From the NCBI RefSeq assembly GCF_004010195.1, contig NC_057749.1, forward strand, positions 13,328,543-13,392,542: a stretch of 64,000 bases of DNA, in the 5' to 3' direction. The notes beneath the pieces were generated by a model. It was not told the DNA's origin, made no database searches, and was given only the letters and a program-made list of their open reading frames with translations. Origin of the DNA: Chiloscyllium plagiosum (lineage: Eukaryota). This document shows, piece by piece, positions 51,613 through 63,125 of the stretch (position 1 is the first letter of the stretch; each line of letters begins with the position of its first letter). The translations under genes were made by a program, and so were the position numbers.

Positions 51613-51965
51613 ACTGCCAAAATTTTCTCTTGCTGTTCTAATCTCCTGGACTGGAGAAACATCACCTCTAAGAGAAACATTTTTACTGTATTTGACTTTG
51701 CAAAGGGTGTGTTAATGGGATGTTACAATACTGGAGTAGTTGGAGTTTAGAAGTTTTCCAATAAAGTTAAAGTTATAGTAATTCTTTCTTTTGTTTGCAC
51801 TTTAACTGTATGGTGAGAATAAAGTGTGTTTTGCTTGAAGCCACGTAGTGTGACCAATTGAAATACATCTGGAACACAGTATATTATACTTTAAATAAAA
51901 TAAAAATTAAGGTCTTAGACTGTCTCCTTAATATAGTTGAAGGAGGTTTGGTCCGGTCCATAACA
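51139..51965 (+). mobile_element. Solo LTR with nested Rex1-tail insert (about 51210-51423)
   Basis: TGTGACAAT...CCATAACA; flanks TTAG / TCAG; AATAAA at about 51819; insert ends TTTTCACTGTA...CATGTGACAACAAA. Confidence 0.8.
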
Positions 51966-52319
51966 TCAGTTATTGAGCTTTTAGGGGATCTGATAGCAGC
52001 AACATTATGACTGGGTCTGATCATGCTCGAAAGGATGGATCCTCATTTCTGTGAATGGATCTTCATTTCTGTGCATTTCTTAATGACTAGGTCAAAGTAC
52101 ACATACGCAGATAGTAAGCTACCTCCATTCTTCAGCTGCCTCACTCTCATCCTCTTGAACACCATCTCCAGACCACAAGGCTCCTCCATCCTGTTCTCCA
52201 CTAATCTCCTCCAATCTCAATCTGTGCAACCAACTGAATTTCCTTTCCATTACCTAACCTTAATTTTCTCAGCTCGGGGAAGCCCTGATGGAGCGTCAAA
52301 GATCCCTGTGCAAATACAT

Positions 52320-53670
52320 TTTTTTAAAATTCACTTGTGGGATGTGAGGGTCACTGGCTGGGCTAGCCTTTATTGCCTATACCTAGTTGACCTTGAGAAG
52401 GTGGTGGTGAGCTGCCTTCTTGAACCTCTGCAGTTCATGTGCTATAGATGGACCCACAATACTGTTAGGGAGGGAGTTCTAGGATTTTGACCCAGTGACA
52501 CTGAAAGAACGGTGATGTATTTCCAAGTTAGGGTGGTGAGGGATTTGAAGAGGAACTTACAGGTGGTGGTCATGTTCCTTTGTATCTGCTACCCTCATCC
52601 TTCTAGATGGAAGTGTTTATGAGTTTGAAAGATGCTGTGTGAGGAATTTCTACAGTGCCTCTTATAGTGGTGGAAAGAGTATACGTTTGCAGATGTGGTG
52701 ACAGTCAAACCAAATACCTTGTATAGATGGTGTCAAGCTGCTTGCATGTTGTTAGAGCTACCCTCATCCAGGCAAGTGGAAAGTATTCTATCACACTCCT
52801 GACTTGTAGATAGTGACAAGCTTTTGGGAGTAAGAAGGTGAGCTACTCAATGCAGGATTCCTAGCCTCTGACCTGCTTTTGTGGCCATTACATTTATATG
52901 GCTAGGCCCATTCAGTTTATGGTCAATGGTTACCCCCAGGATCATATTACTGGAGGATTCAGTGATGGTAACATTGAATGTCATGGGGTAAAGGTTAGAT
53001 TGTTTCTTGTTGGAGATGGTCATTGTCTTGGATTTGTGTGGCATGAATATTACTTGCCACATTTCAACCCAAGCCTTCAAACCATCCATGGCTTGTTGTA
53101 ATTCAGACATGGACTGCTTCAGTATCTGAGGAGTCATCAATGGTGCTAAACATTGTGCAATCATTGATGAACATCTCAAATTCTGACCTTACCATGGAGA
53201 GAAGGATATTGATGAAGCAGTTGAAGATGGAAACTACCCTGAGGAACTCCTCAGAGATGTCCTGGAGCTGAGATTACTGACCTCCCATAATCACAGCCAC
53301 CATCCTTCATGCCAGATATGATTTCAACCAGCAGGGAATTTACCCCTGATTTTAATTGACTCCAGTTTTGCTAGGACTCCTTGATGCCACACTTGGCCAA
53401 GTACAACCTTGGTGACAGCACCTCTGGAATTTAGCTCTCCTGTCCATGTTTGAGCCAAGGCGAGTATTGAGGGCAGAAGCTCAGTGGCCCAGGCACAAGC
53501 CAAGCTGGGCATCACTGAACAGGTTATTGCTGAGCTGGTGATGCTTAGCCTTCTATCTCTTTACTGATGATTGAGAGTAGACTGATGGGCCAGTCGTTGA
53601 TAGGGTTGGATTTGACAGGTAGATGCCAGTGTTGTAACTGGACTGGAACAGCTTAGCTAGGAGAGCAGCA
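52320..53670 (-). mobile_element. Second CR1-group LINE, decayed RT region
   Basis: ORFs 52847-53179 (LQQAMDGLKAWVEMWQVIF...LGVTIDHKL) and 53324-53515 (QVWHQGVLAKLESI). Confidence 0.9.
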
Positions 53671-53850
53671 GATCAGGGAAGAGGGAAGGGACAAAAAGGG
53701 TTTTTTTATTTTAAATAAAGAGGAACCTCGATTGTCTGAATGAGATGGGTGGGCAGTATTTCGTTCGGATAATTGATTATTTGGATAACTGATTCAATGC
53801 CTCTCCTCTGGGACTTGGAGTTTTCTTAAGTTTCCTTTTTCCTCGCTCTG

Positions 53851-54052
53851 GGAGAAAGTGAGGTCTGCAGATGCTGGAGATCAAAGTTGAAACTTTATTG
53901 CTGGAACAGCACAGCAGGTCAGGCAGCATCCAGGGAACAGGAGATTCGACGTTTCGGGCACAGGCTGAAGAAGGGCCTGTGCCCGAAACGTCGAATCTCC
54001 TGTTCCCTGGATGCTGCCTGACCTGCTGTGCTGTTCCAGCAATAAAGTTTCA
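53851..54052. mobile_element. Young Penelope-derived fold-back insert with perfect 17-bp TSD
   Basis: CCTTTTTCCTCGCTCTG at 53834-53850 and 54053-54069; perfect inverted arms at 53888-53965 and 53975-54052. Confidence 0.92.
53965..53992 (+). ncRNA. Minimal hammerhead ribozyme core
   Basis: CUGAAGA-A-GGGC-CUGU-GCCC-GAAAC-GUC; the native 5' strand of stem I is replaced by the inverted arm. Confidence 0.65.
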
Positions 54053-54320
54053 CCTTTTTCCTCGCTCTGCCTGCCTTGCTCCCTCTCTCTGTCTCAGGGT
54101 TTGTTTCTGAGCAGGGACACGCTTGTGTGGAAGGGTCCTGCAGCATTGTTGTAACCTCTCCCCGCTGCTGCTTCACTTCAATGGGATTGACAGAGCGAAC
54201 ACTTGCTTTATCTGCTCAGGAGACTAGGCAGCAGAACACTGCGCAACACCCCCCATGCCCTGCCACCCCCCCCCCCCCACCCATTGTGCCTCCGTATCCC
54301 CACATGTCCCTGCTCCCGCC

Positions 54321-54322
<2 letters not shown>

Positions 54323-54367
<45 letters not shown>
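54323..54367. repeat. Perfect (CA)n microsatellite
   Basis: About 22 CA units. Confidence 0.95.
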
Positions 54368-54369
<2 letters not shown>

Positions 54370-54964
54370 CCATTCCCAAAGCCTCCACCTCCACCTCCAT
54401 TCCCAAAGCCTTCTCTATTTCGCCTACCACAGTGCTCCAGTATTCCCGCAGACTGTGGCAGGACCAGAGACAATGAGTGAGCGTGCCCTTACTCAGTCTG
54501 CATTTTGGACACATTGGAGATGCTCCCACTTTAAACTTAGCGAGGCAGTCTGGGGCCAAATGGACCCTGTGGAGAATCTTCAACTGCAAGGCATGGGTTC
54601 TGTTGCAAATCGAGATCCTTCTTGCATTTTCCCAGATATCCCCCCATACTTCAGAAGAGATCTCAACATCCAACACCCTCTCCCATAACTTAGACAGCCA
54701 TTCAGATTTGTCCGAGAGACCTTCTCCCAGTAGGTGACAAACATTGCTAACAGAAAGCATACCCTCAGGGCTCAGTACCCTCTTCTCCATGTCAGACCTA
54801 TAAAAATCAGTTAGAAATGTGGTCTCTTTTTGTATGAAATTTCTAATTTGAAAAAAAACGGAAGAGGTCCCTACTGGGCAATTGATATCTCCAAGCCAAC
54901 TGGTCAAAGGACATCACTGTGTCCCCTTCAATAAATTACCCAGACAAGGCACACCCTTAGCTGC

Positions 54965-55038
54965 GAGGAGAAAGTGAGGTCTGCAGATGCTGGAGATCAA
55001 AGTTGAAACTTCATTGCTGGAACAGCACAGCAGGTCAG
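54965..55038 (-). mobile_element. Single-arm Penelope-derived insert in L1 ORF2
   Basis: Near-identical to 53851-53922; interrupts the FKL-AAKG frame; no TSD. Confidence 0.85.
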
Positions 55039-57909
55039 CATAGTTTAAACCTCGGGTCCATCATCCCTGGCTAAAAACCCGGCATACCCACTATGGGTGT
55101 CAAAAATGATGTTTTGGCAATATTGCTCTCACTCTGACGCATTGCCCGCCACACCTTGACAGTATTAATAACTATTGGGCTGTGCTAATACTCCTTAACT
55201 ATTCTCATTTTGTCCAAGAACAGCAGGCTAGTAAGGGGGCATCTTGCCTGAGCTGCTTTAATGTCCAACCAAAGTGATTAGGGTCTCCCCATGGCTTAGT
55301 CACTCACGTAGGATAGCAACGGGTTTAATTGATAGTTTTTGATATCTGGGAGGTCCACTCTTCCCAGCGTGTAAGGAAACTGCAGTCGAGTCAGTTTAAT
55401 TAAGGGCCGCTTGCGATAACAGATAAAGGAACTGAACCAGCCGTTCAGTCTCCTAAATATTTGCTTGGTAAAAAGGCTCAGGAAGCATTCACATAGGATA
55501 CAACAGAAGGGGGAGAATGTTCATTTTAATGAGAGCTATCCAACCTAACCAAAATTTCGGAAGCGCCTCCCATCTACGAAGGTCCTCTCGAATAAATTGG
55601 TTTTAAATAGCCGATCTAAGACAGGGGTAATAAATATAATTAAGTAGAGAAAGTCCTCCTGCAACCAGCTAAAGGGAAATCAAGGTTCGCCCTCAGGATC
55701 AGGCAATCTAGGAAGACCATCCGTAGGCATGGCGTCTGATTTCACAAAATTGATCTTATAACCTGAAAAGCCGCCGAATAGATTGATTGCATTGTATCAG
55801 GAGCAGCACTGAAACTGTTGGGTTTGATAAAAAGGCAAGGGCACCATCTGCATACAATGCAATCTTATGTGACTTTGTCCCCACTTCTGGAGCAGATATA
55901 TTGGGATGCCTACATATTGCCTCCGCCAACGTTCGAACAGCAATGTAAAAAGCATGAGGGACAGCCTTGTCGACTGCCCCTACAAATATTGAGACTGCTT
56001 GACCATACACCATTGGTAAGGACCGCAGCAAGAGGGTTACTGTACAAAACCTCCACCTACCTAATGAAGGTTCTTTAAAGTATAAAAAAGATATGGCCAC
56101 TTGACCCGGTCAAATGCCTTTTCTGTGTCTAAAGAGATCACAAATCCTTGTACCGATTACTGTTGACAAACATGGATCATATGAAGTAAGTTCCTGGCAT
56201 TATTCAACGATCTGCAACCTGTTATAAATCCCGTCTGGTCCTCCTTAATGCTGGAGGCCAGTACAGTTTCTAGTCTTAGAGCCAAAGCCTTAGATAGGGC
56301 TTTGAAATCAACATTCAGGAGTGAAATGGGTCTATAGGAAGCACAGTCCTCTGGGGCCTTCCCTTTTTTAAGAATGAGAGAGATGTTCACCTCTCTTAGA
56401 GATGGTGGGAGGAGGCCACGACTACGTGAGTCATTAAACATACTAAGCATCGGCCCTGACGATATAAATTCCTTATAGAACTCACTGGGGAGGCCATCAG
56501 AACCCAGCGCCTTTCCATTCTGGGGCTTCCTCACGGCCTCCTGCACCTCTTGCTCTGACAACGGGGCATTGAGGAAAGATTCTTGTTCAGGTGCCACTCC
56601 CGGAAGGTCCAACTTCTTCAAAAAAGTCTCCATCCTAACCCACCCATCCTCACAACTTTCAGATTAAAACAGTTCAGAGTAAAATTTCTGAAATATTTCA
56701 TTAGTCCTGTTAGAATCATGGGTTAAATTTCCAGTGTCCTCCCTGATCGAGGTAATGGCTAGGGGAGCATTCCTATTCCTGGCAGGATATGCTAAGTACT
56801 TGACCAGCTTATCCCCATGCTCAAACAGCCTTTGGTTTGCAAATGTAAGCTCCCTCTTAGCTGTCTGTGTGAGCATGGAGTTCAGTGTGGACCGAAGTGC
56901 TGTGATGCTCTGCAGTTTATCCAGCGGAAGGCCTGTCAAAGTAAGCCTTTTCAACTACTTTCAGACATGTTTTGAGCAAGTGTTGCTGTTCACCTGCCTG
57001 CCGTTTCTTACGAGCTAAACAGGAAATAACTAACCCCCTAGCATAGGCTTTAGCAGTTTCCCAAAGAATGGGTGGGCTACTGGCCAAGCCTGAATTAATG
57101 TCTTAAAAAGTCCTGAATTCAGTAGACAAGAATTCAATAAACTTACTATCCTGAAGGAGGAAGGGGTCCAATGGCCAATGTCTCGAAATTACCATAGTAT
57201 CCTTATTCTTGACCATTAAATACACTGGGGCATGATCAGAAATAGTGATATTGCCAATTGTGCATGACACCAGATGTGCTGCAGGGGTAAAAAATAAAAT
57301 CAATTCTGGTGTGGCATTTATGTGGATTCAGGAAGAACATGAATTCCTTATCAGTAAGGTGAAGGTGCCTCCAAACATCTACCAATCCCAGTTCAGCACA
57401 CAAATCCCTTAATTGCTTAGATCATGAAAAAGATATCGGAGCGCCTTTGGGCAATCTGTCCACTGTAGGATCTATTAGACAATTGAATTCCCCCCTCCGT
57501 CCCGCCCACGATAATATGCTGTGATGTAAGGTTAACAAGTCTAGAAAGTGCGTCTGTCAAGAACTTACGGGGGTGGGCAGGGGGACAGTAAACATTTAAG
57601 ATCCTGTATTCTTCCCCATGTATCAGAACTTTAAAGATTACAAATCTCCTGTGTGTGTCTTTAATACACTCCAACAAATGGGAGATTCTTTCTAACTAGA
57701 ATGGCCACCCCTCTACTCCTCGTATTGAAAGATGAGAAGTAAATCCTGTCATACCGATTCTGTTGCAGTTTCAAATGCTCTGCAACACCTCGGTGTGTTT
57801 CTTGCAACAAGGCAACATCCAGCCTCTCCCTTCCAAGACTGGAAAGTATCTTTTGTCTCTTGACTGGCGAGTGACTCCCCTTAATGTTCCAGGTGCACCA
57901 CTTGAACAC

Positions 57910-58862
57910 AAATAACATTAGCAAATTTGCTGATGATACAAAGCTGGGTGGCAGGGTGAAATGTGATGAGGATGTTAGGAGATTACAGGGTGACCTGGAC
58001 AAGTTAGGTGAGTGGGCAGATGCATGGCAGATGCAGTTTAATGTGGATAAATGTATGGTTATCCACTTTGGTGGCAAGAACAGGAAGGCAGATTACTACC
58101 TCAATGGAATCAATTTAGGTAAAGGGGCAGTACAGAGAGATCTGGGTGTTCTTGTATACCAGTCAATGAAGGTAAGCATGCAGGTACAGCAGGTAGTGAA
58201 GAAGGTTAATAGCATGCTGGCCTTCATAACAAGAGGGATTGAGTATAGAAGCAAAGATGTGCTTCTGCAGCTGTACAGGGCCCCGGTGAGACCACACCTG
58301 GAGTACTGCATGTAGTTCTGGTCTCCAAATTTGAGGAAAGACATTCTGGCTATTGAGGGAGTGCAGCGTAGGTTCACGAGGTCAATTCCTGGAATGGCGG
58401 GATTACCTTACACTGAAAGATTGAAGCGACTGGGCTTGTATACCCTTGAGTTTAGAAGACTGAGAGGGGATCTGATTGAGACGTATAAGATTATGAAAGG
58501 ATTGGATACTCTGGCAGCAGGAAACATTTTTCCGCTGATAGGTGAGTGCCGAACCAGAGGACACAGCTTAACAATACGGGGTAGACCATTTAGGGCAGAG
58601 ATGAGGAGAAACTTCTTCACCCAGAGAGTGGTGGCTGTGTGGAATGACCTGCCCCAGAGGGCAGTGGAGGCCCAGTCTCTGGATTCATTTAAGAAAGAGT
58701 TGGATAGAGCTCTCAAAGATAGTGGAATCAAGGGTTATGGAGATAAGGCAGGAACAGGATACTGATTAGGAATGATCAGCCAAGATCATATTGAATGGTG
58801 GTGCTGGCTCAAAGGGCAGAATGGCCTACTCCTGCACCTATTGTCTATTGTCTATTGTCTAT
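57910..58862 (+). mobile_element. Young CR1 LINE 3' part (RT from FADD to tail) inserted antisense in L1 ORF2
   Basis: ISKFADDTKLGG...RPHLEYC, one in-frame TAG at 58313-58315, same frame continues to 58765; (CTATTGT)n tail. Confidence 0.95.
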
Positions 58863-59389
58863 TATCCTTAGCCATAACCTTCTCTAGCACCATTTAGATT
58901 CCAGAGAAGGGGAACTCGAACTATAGATCGTTGAGCTTCAATGCAAGAAAACCCACAAAAACCCAAAAGCTACACAAACTAAAATAACTACAGCTAACAA
59001 ATCTACAGAACTTACAAAAACTACATACGTACACCAAAAACAAAAAAACAAAAATCGCCAAAAGCACTGATTAGAGTTTACCCCCCATTCAGAGGAGTAA
59101 CTTTCCCAACCCTCCTCTCAACTCCTACCATCTCGGGTCATGCCACATACACCGGTAACCCGATAGGAAAAAAACCCACAAAAACAAGCTTTGTACTATA
59201 AACAATTAAGTTAAAAATAAATACATCACCCATCCCTTGGTATAACTTAGCTTAGAGATTAAAGGTAAATACTCTATCCATCCCGAGCACAATTGAACGC
59301 AACTTATTACCAACAGAAAGGAGACTCCACCAAGCCCTCTTTAAAGAAGAAAAAACCCGAACAGCTCTGTCCTCTGCCTATTCAATTAA

Positions 59390-60250
59390 CTGATTTAAGT
59401 CAGCATGTCCACAAAATCCCTCTCTTTCTCTGGCGAGTCGAATCAATGTATAGATCCATTATGATTGATCCGAAGGACTGCTGGATATCTTAAAGAATAC
59501 AGGATCCCAAGCTCTCTCAATCTCTTCTTGACGCCATCTTAGGACTTCCTTCTCTGGATCATCACCGCCAAGAAGTCGTGAAAGAGCCTAATCCTGGAGC
59601 CCTCACACACCAATGCCGTTGGATCCCTCCCCTGGGCTCTGGAAGCTTCCAGGACTCTCTGCTTGTCTTTATAATGATGGAACCTTACCAGAACAGGGCA
59701 GCAGCACTGATCCATGCCTGGCTTTCGTGCCGCGACTTGGTGGGCTCTCTCAATCTTTATCTTTCCCTTTTCAGTCTCCAAACTAAGGAATTCCGGGAAC
59801 CACTTCTCGAAGAACTCCACTGGTCACTCACCTTCTGTCCCCTCTAGTATGCCAACAACACACAGGTTCTTTCTTCTGCCCCTGTTTCCGAGATCCAACA
59901 GACTATGAACTTGCATTTCTAGGGTTTCAATCAGGCTCTTGGAGGAGTCAGTCTCTGCCTCTACCCCTGCAGCCCAGTGCTCCAGCTCATTGGTCCTTTT
60001 TCCCCAGCAGCATAGCAGATACAGGAGCCAGCTTCTCCATGATTTTTTTCTTTGATCTGCATCTCCAGGACCTCATGAGATTTGGCCAGCTCATCAACCA
60101 GGGTCTGATGAGTAAGCAAGCCCGCTGCTTCAGTGGCCCTGGCCCTGGGCGAGCTTCCTCTTTAATTCTGCGTTCTCCTGCAGTAAAAACAAAGGTAAGT
60201 AACTTTTTCAGGTTCTCTAGCTCTTTCCCTGTGCTTTTACTCACAGTAAC
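59390..60250 (-). pseudogene. L1 ORF1p (Transposase_22-like RRM/CTD), disrupted
   Basis: IKIERAHQV...PVLVRFHHYKDKQRVLEASR...IRLFHDF...RRKS; boundaries approximate. Confidence 0.85.
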
Positions 60251-61127
60251 ATGGATGGGACAGGTTACAGCACTGCCGTGTTGACATTGTGGCGTGGAGC
60301 CCAGCAAACACGATCCTAGCAGGACACCCACCACCTTGGATTCCCAAAAGGGGGCTTTTTAACCCCATGAAGCTGGTGTTGCCTTGAGTGGATAAATTGA
60401 TTCCTTCTCAGAATTCCTTTTAAGCTAGGTCCCATCACAGGAATCATCTCCAAATCACAATTAGAAATACGTCGCTATTCAACTATTGGGTTAAAATCCC
60501 CCAGAACTCCCTCCTCATCAGTAAGACAGAGGCACCTTCACTACGTGGGACTGGAGCAGTTCAAGAAGGCAGCTCATCACCACCACTACCTTCTCTAGGG
60601 TAACAAGTGACTTTACCACCCACTCCAAAATCAGACAATTAACTTTTAAAATGCTTTGAGATCCATAGACGGAACTCACAAGTCTCAAAGTTTTCAGGAA
60701 ATTACTTTGGGCAGAGATTTTCTTGCTCTGCTGAGCAATTAATTCCACTCTTACTTTGAAACACAGAGTGAAAGGAGGCAGCAGCTGGGACCCAGTACGC
60801 ACACCTGCCTCCCAGCCAAGCTTCCCCCTCACTGCCAGAACCCTTGAACACATGCCTGCCTTTTGCCATGCTTGAGCCAAAATAAGCACTGAAAGGTCCC
60901 ACGTGATTAATTCACTGGACCCCATGCGACAGATGTCCGTCCCTCTGCCTCTCCATCCCTTTGTTTACTCAGGCTGAACAGAAAGTGGAAATGTTGGAAT
61001 CGAAATCTCAAATGGGCACAGGCCCAAGAACAGTCATTAGTCAGTGCCAAACTGAGCTGAGGAGACCTGAGACATTTTCCCCCAAATCATTTCCTAGAGA
61101 TTTAGAAATGCTGCAGTGCAGCAATCC

Positions 61128-61560
61128 TACATAGAAACCTAGCCACTAGGAGCAACAGCAGGCTATTCAGCCCTTTGAGCTTGCTCTATCATTCAATATG
61201 ATCATGGTTGATCATCCAACTCAGTAATCTGTCCTTGCTTTCTCCCCATACCCTTTGATCCCTTTAGCCCTAAGAACTATATTGAACTCTTTTTTGAAAA
61301 TGTTTTGGCCTTAACCAAGTATTCCACAGGCTCACCACTCTCTGAGTGAAGAAACTTCCCCTCATCTTAGCACGAAATGGTCTAGCCTGTATCCTTAAAC
61401 TGTAACCCCTGTTTCTGGACTCCCACGTCATCAACACTTCCTTCCTGCATTTAGCCTGCCTAGTCCTGTTAAAATCTTAGAGGTTTCTATGAGAGATCCC
61501 TCGACTTCTAAATTTGAGTGGTTATCGTCCTAATTGATCCAATCTCTCTTCATACATCAG
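61128..61560 (-). mobile_element. CR1 LINE 3' fragment
   Basis: ATTCCACAGGCTCACCACTCTCTGAGTGAAGAAA, CTTCTAAA, CATAGAA tail. Confidence 0.85.
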
Positions 61561-61664
61561 TCGTACTATCTGTCCTATCCAAATACCTAATGCACTTCAC
61601 TCTGTGAGTCATTTGGAAGTGCAGTGATTATGTTTTCCAACAATCGCGGTAAAGTCATTTTGTT

Positions 61665-61955
61665 TCTGTGGTTCAGTTGATGACACTCACCTTCTGAACC
61701 ACATGGTCCCAAGTCTCACTTGAAACCCAGGCATTGCAACCAAGGCTGGCACTCCAGTAGTTGAGGAGGTGCTGCACTGTTAGAGGTGCCATCTTTTAGA
61801 TGAAACTTTAAACTTTCTACTTGTTCAGGTGGATGTAAAAAAGTCCAATGGCACCATTATAAAGATGAGCAGGGGGAGTTATTCCCCAGTGCCCTAGCCA
61901 ATGTCTAACCCTCAATCAACATCTAAAAGCAGATCATATGGTCATTATTGCATTC
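61665..61955 (+). mobile_element. Deu-domain (SacSINE1/AmnSINE-like) SINE
   Basis: GTGCTGCACTGTTAGAGGTGCCATCTTTTAGATGAAAC...CAGGTGGATGTAAAA...GAGCAGGGGGAGTT; similar minus-strand pieces at about 9900-10090 and 44390-44525. Confidence 0.7.
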
Positions 61956-62029
61956 TTAATAAAGCAAAAATATATGGCGGTGGAGTATGGATGCGAGTCT
62001 GAGATGTCAACCAAAGCAGAGGAAGCAGA

Positions 62030-62345
62030 CCATACGATAAACAAGGCTCCTTAGACAGTACCTTCAAAACCCCAAAAGCTCTCACACAAGAGTGGCAGAT
62101 ACAAGGGAACACCACCAAATGTAAGTTTCCCTCCAAGCCACACACCATCCTGACTTGGAAATATATCACAGTTCCTTCAGTCAAAGGAACTAGGTCAAAT
62201 TCTTGGAACTCCATATCAGCATTATGTAACTACTTACACCTGATGTACTTCAGTGGTTCAAGAAGGCAGCTCACCATCACCTTCTCCAGGGCAATTAGGG
62301 ATAGGTAATAAATGCAGATCAGCGACGCCCAGATCCCATGAATGG
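62030..62345 (+). mobile_element. Second CR1-group LINE 3' end
   Basis: TTCAAGAAGGCAGCTCACCATCACCTTCTCCAGGGCAATTAGGGATAGGTAATAAATGC. Confidence 0.85.
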
Positions 62346-62725
62346 ATATTTTAAAAATCAGCAATGGTCAAGGGACGTGATTTATTTGGATGGTGAAAGT
62401 TGGTTAGGATGCAAGGAGCACTTCATCTCTGAAGGTCAGTGCTTCCCACAATGCAGCATTCCCTCAGTACTGTTTTGGAAAGCCACTTTAAATTCCAAGG
62501 GTCATCTTTGATTTGTGCAGTGCCTGCAACTTTAAGGAAGCTTGCATCTGTTGTGCTATTTTATAGTTTGTCCATGCATAATTTACAGTGTTGGCAAAAT
62601 TAGTATTTGATTGGGTTATTTTATACCACTCACATAATAAATACATATAAAGGTTATTAAATGGCTGTTCTGATTAGATCCTTTGGCTCTGATTAAACCT
62701 TGAGACTATAATCACTTTGCCATGA

Positions 62726-62984
62726 GGGCCCTCCTGTGGTACAATAGTTGTGTCCCTACCACTGGACTGGGAGAACCAGAAGGCCTGGGTTCAAATACCA
62801 CTTGCTCCAGAGGTGTACAATAATCTCTGAATAGGTTAAAAAAGATTACTTCACCATAAGGGCCCTGTTGTGGCGCAGAGGTAGTGGTCCCTATCCTTGG
62901 ACTGGGAGGCCCAAGTTCAACCACCCCTGCTCAGGAGGTGTGTAATAATATCTCTGAACAGATTGATTAGAAAAATAGGTTAAA
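62726..62984 (+). mobile_element. Tandem dimer of a short tRNA-like SINE
   Basis: Two units of about 125-135 bp, each GGGCCCT..TGTGG...GTTCAA...TGCTC..GAGGTGT..AATA.TCTCTGAA; related heads at about 2200 and 63950. Confidence 0.75.
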
Positions 62985-63125
62985 ATAACCACTTTGCTTA
63001 TTCATACAACAGCAAGCTACATTAGCACAAATCAACGGCCATGTAGAAAACAGCCGGAACGCCCTCCCATTCACCATTTGATCTTGACTTATTAAAGGGA
63101 GGCAGCATTGCCTCCAAACCTTTCC

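Larger units (their letters stand above)
53718..54250. mobile_element. Tigger-like DNA element, left end only
   Basis: TA followed by AAGAGGAACCTCGATTGTCTGAA and internal TTCGGATAAT/TTGGATAAC repeats; no right TIR found. Confidence 0.55.
54367..58875 (-). pseudogene. L1-clade ORF2 (APE endonuclease, reverse transcriptase, Cys-rich domain), disrupted
   Basis: MAKDN/VFKWCTWNIKG, LLQETH, SDHAPV, SYRPISLLNVDFK, SLDTEKAFDRV, RQGCP, ALYADG (YADD mutated), CPKC-x8-HCLWSC; many frameshifts and stops. Confidence 0.92.
53701..60345 (-). mobile_element. Near full-length decayed L1-clade retrotransposon
   Basis: 5' end GGGAATCCAAGGTGGTGG, ORF1, A-rich linker, ORF2 with endonuclease, RT and Cys-rich domains; candidate TSD at 53692-53707 / 60345-60360; the 3' boundary is inferred. 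Confidence 0.85.

Noticed and set aside
53851..54052. Classical DNA-transposon MITE or pre-miRNA
   Set aside because: Asymmetric arms, long variable TSDs, single-arm copies and linkage to a Penelope GIY-YIG end indicate retro origin; there is no small-RNA evidence
54076..54688. Pro/His-rich ORFs
   Set aside because: They span a poly-C run, (CA)n and antisense L1 sequence
57884..58765. Functional reverse transcriptase gene
   Set aside because: 5'-truncated just before the FADD motif, has an in-frame stop, and the ATG at 57884 comes from antisense L1 sequence
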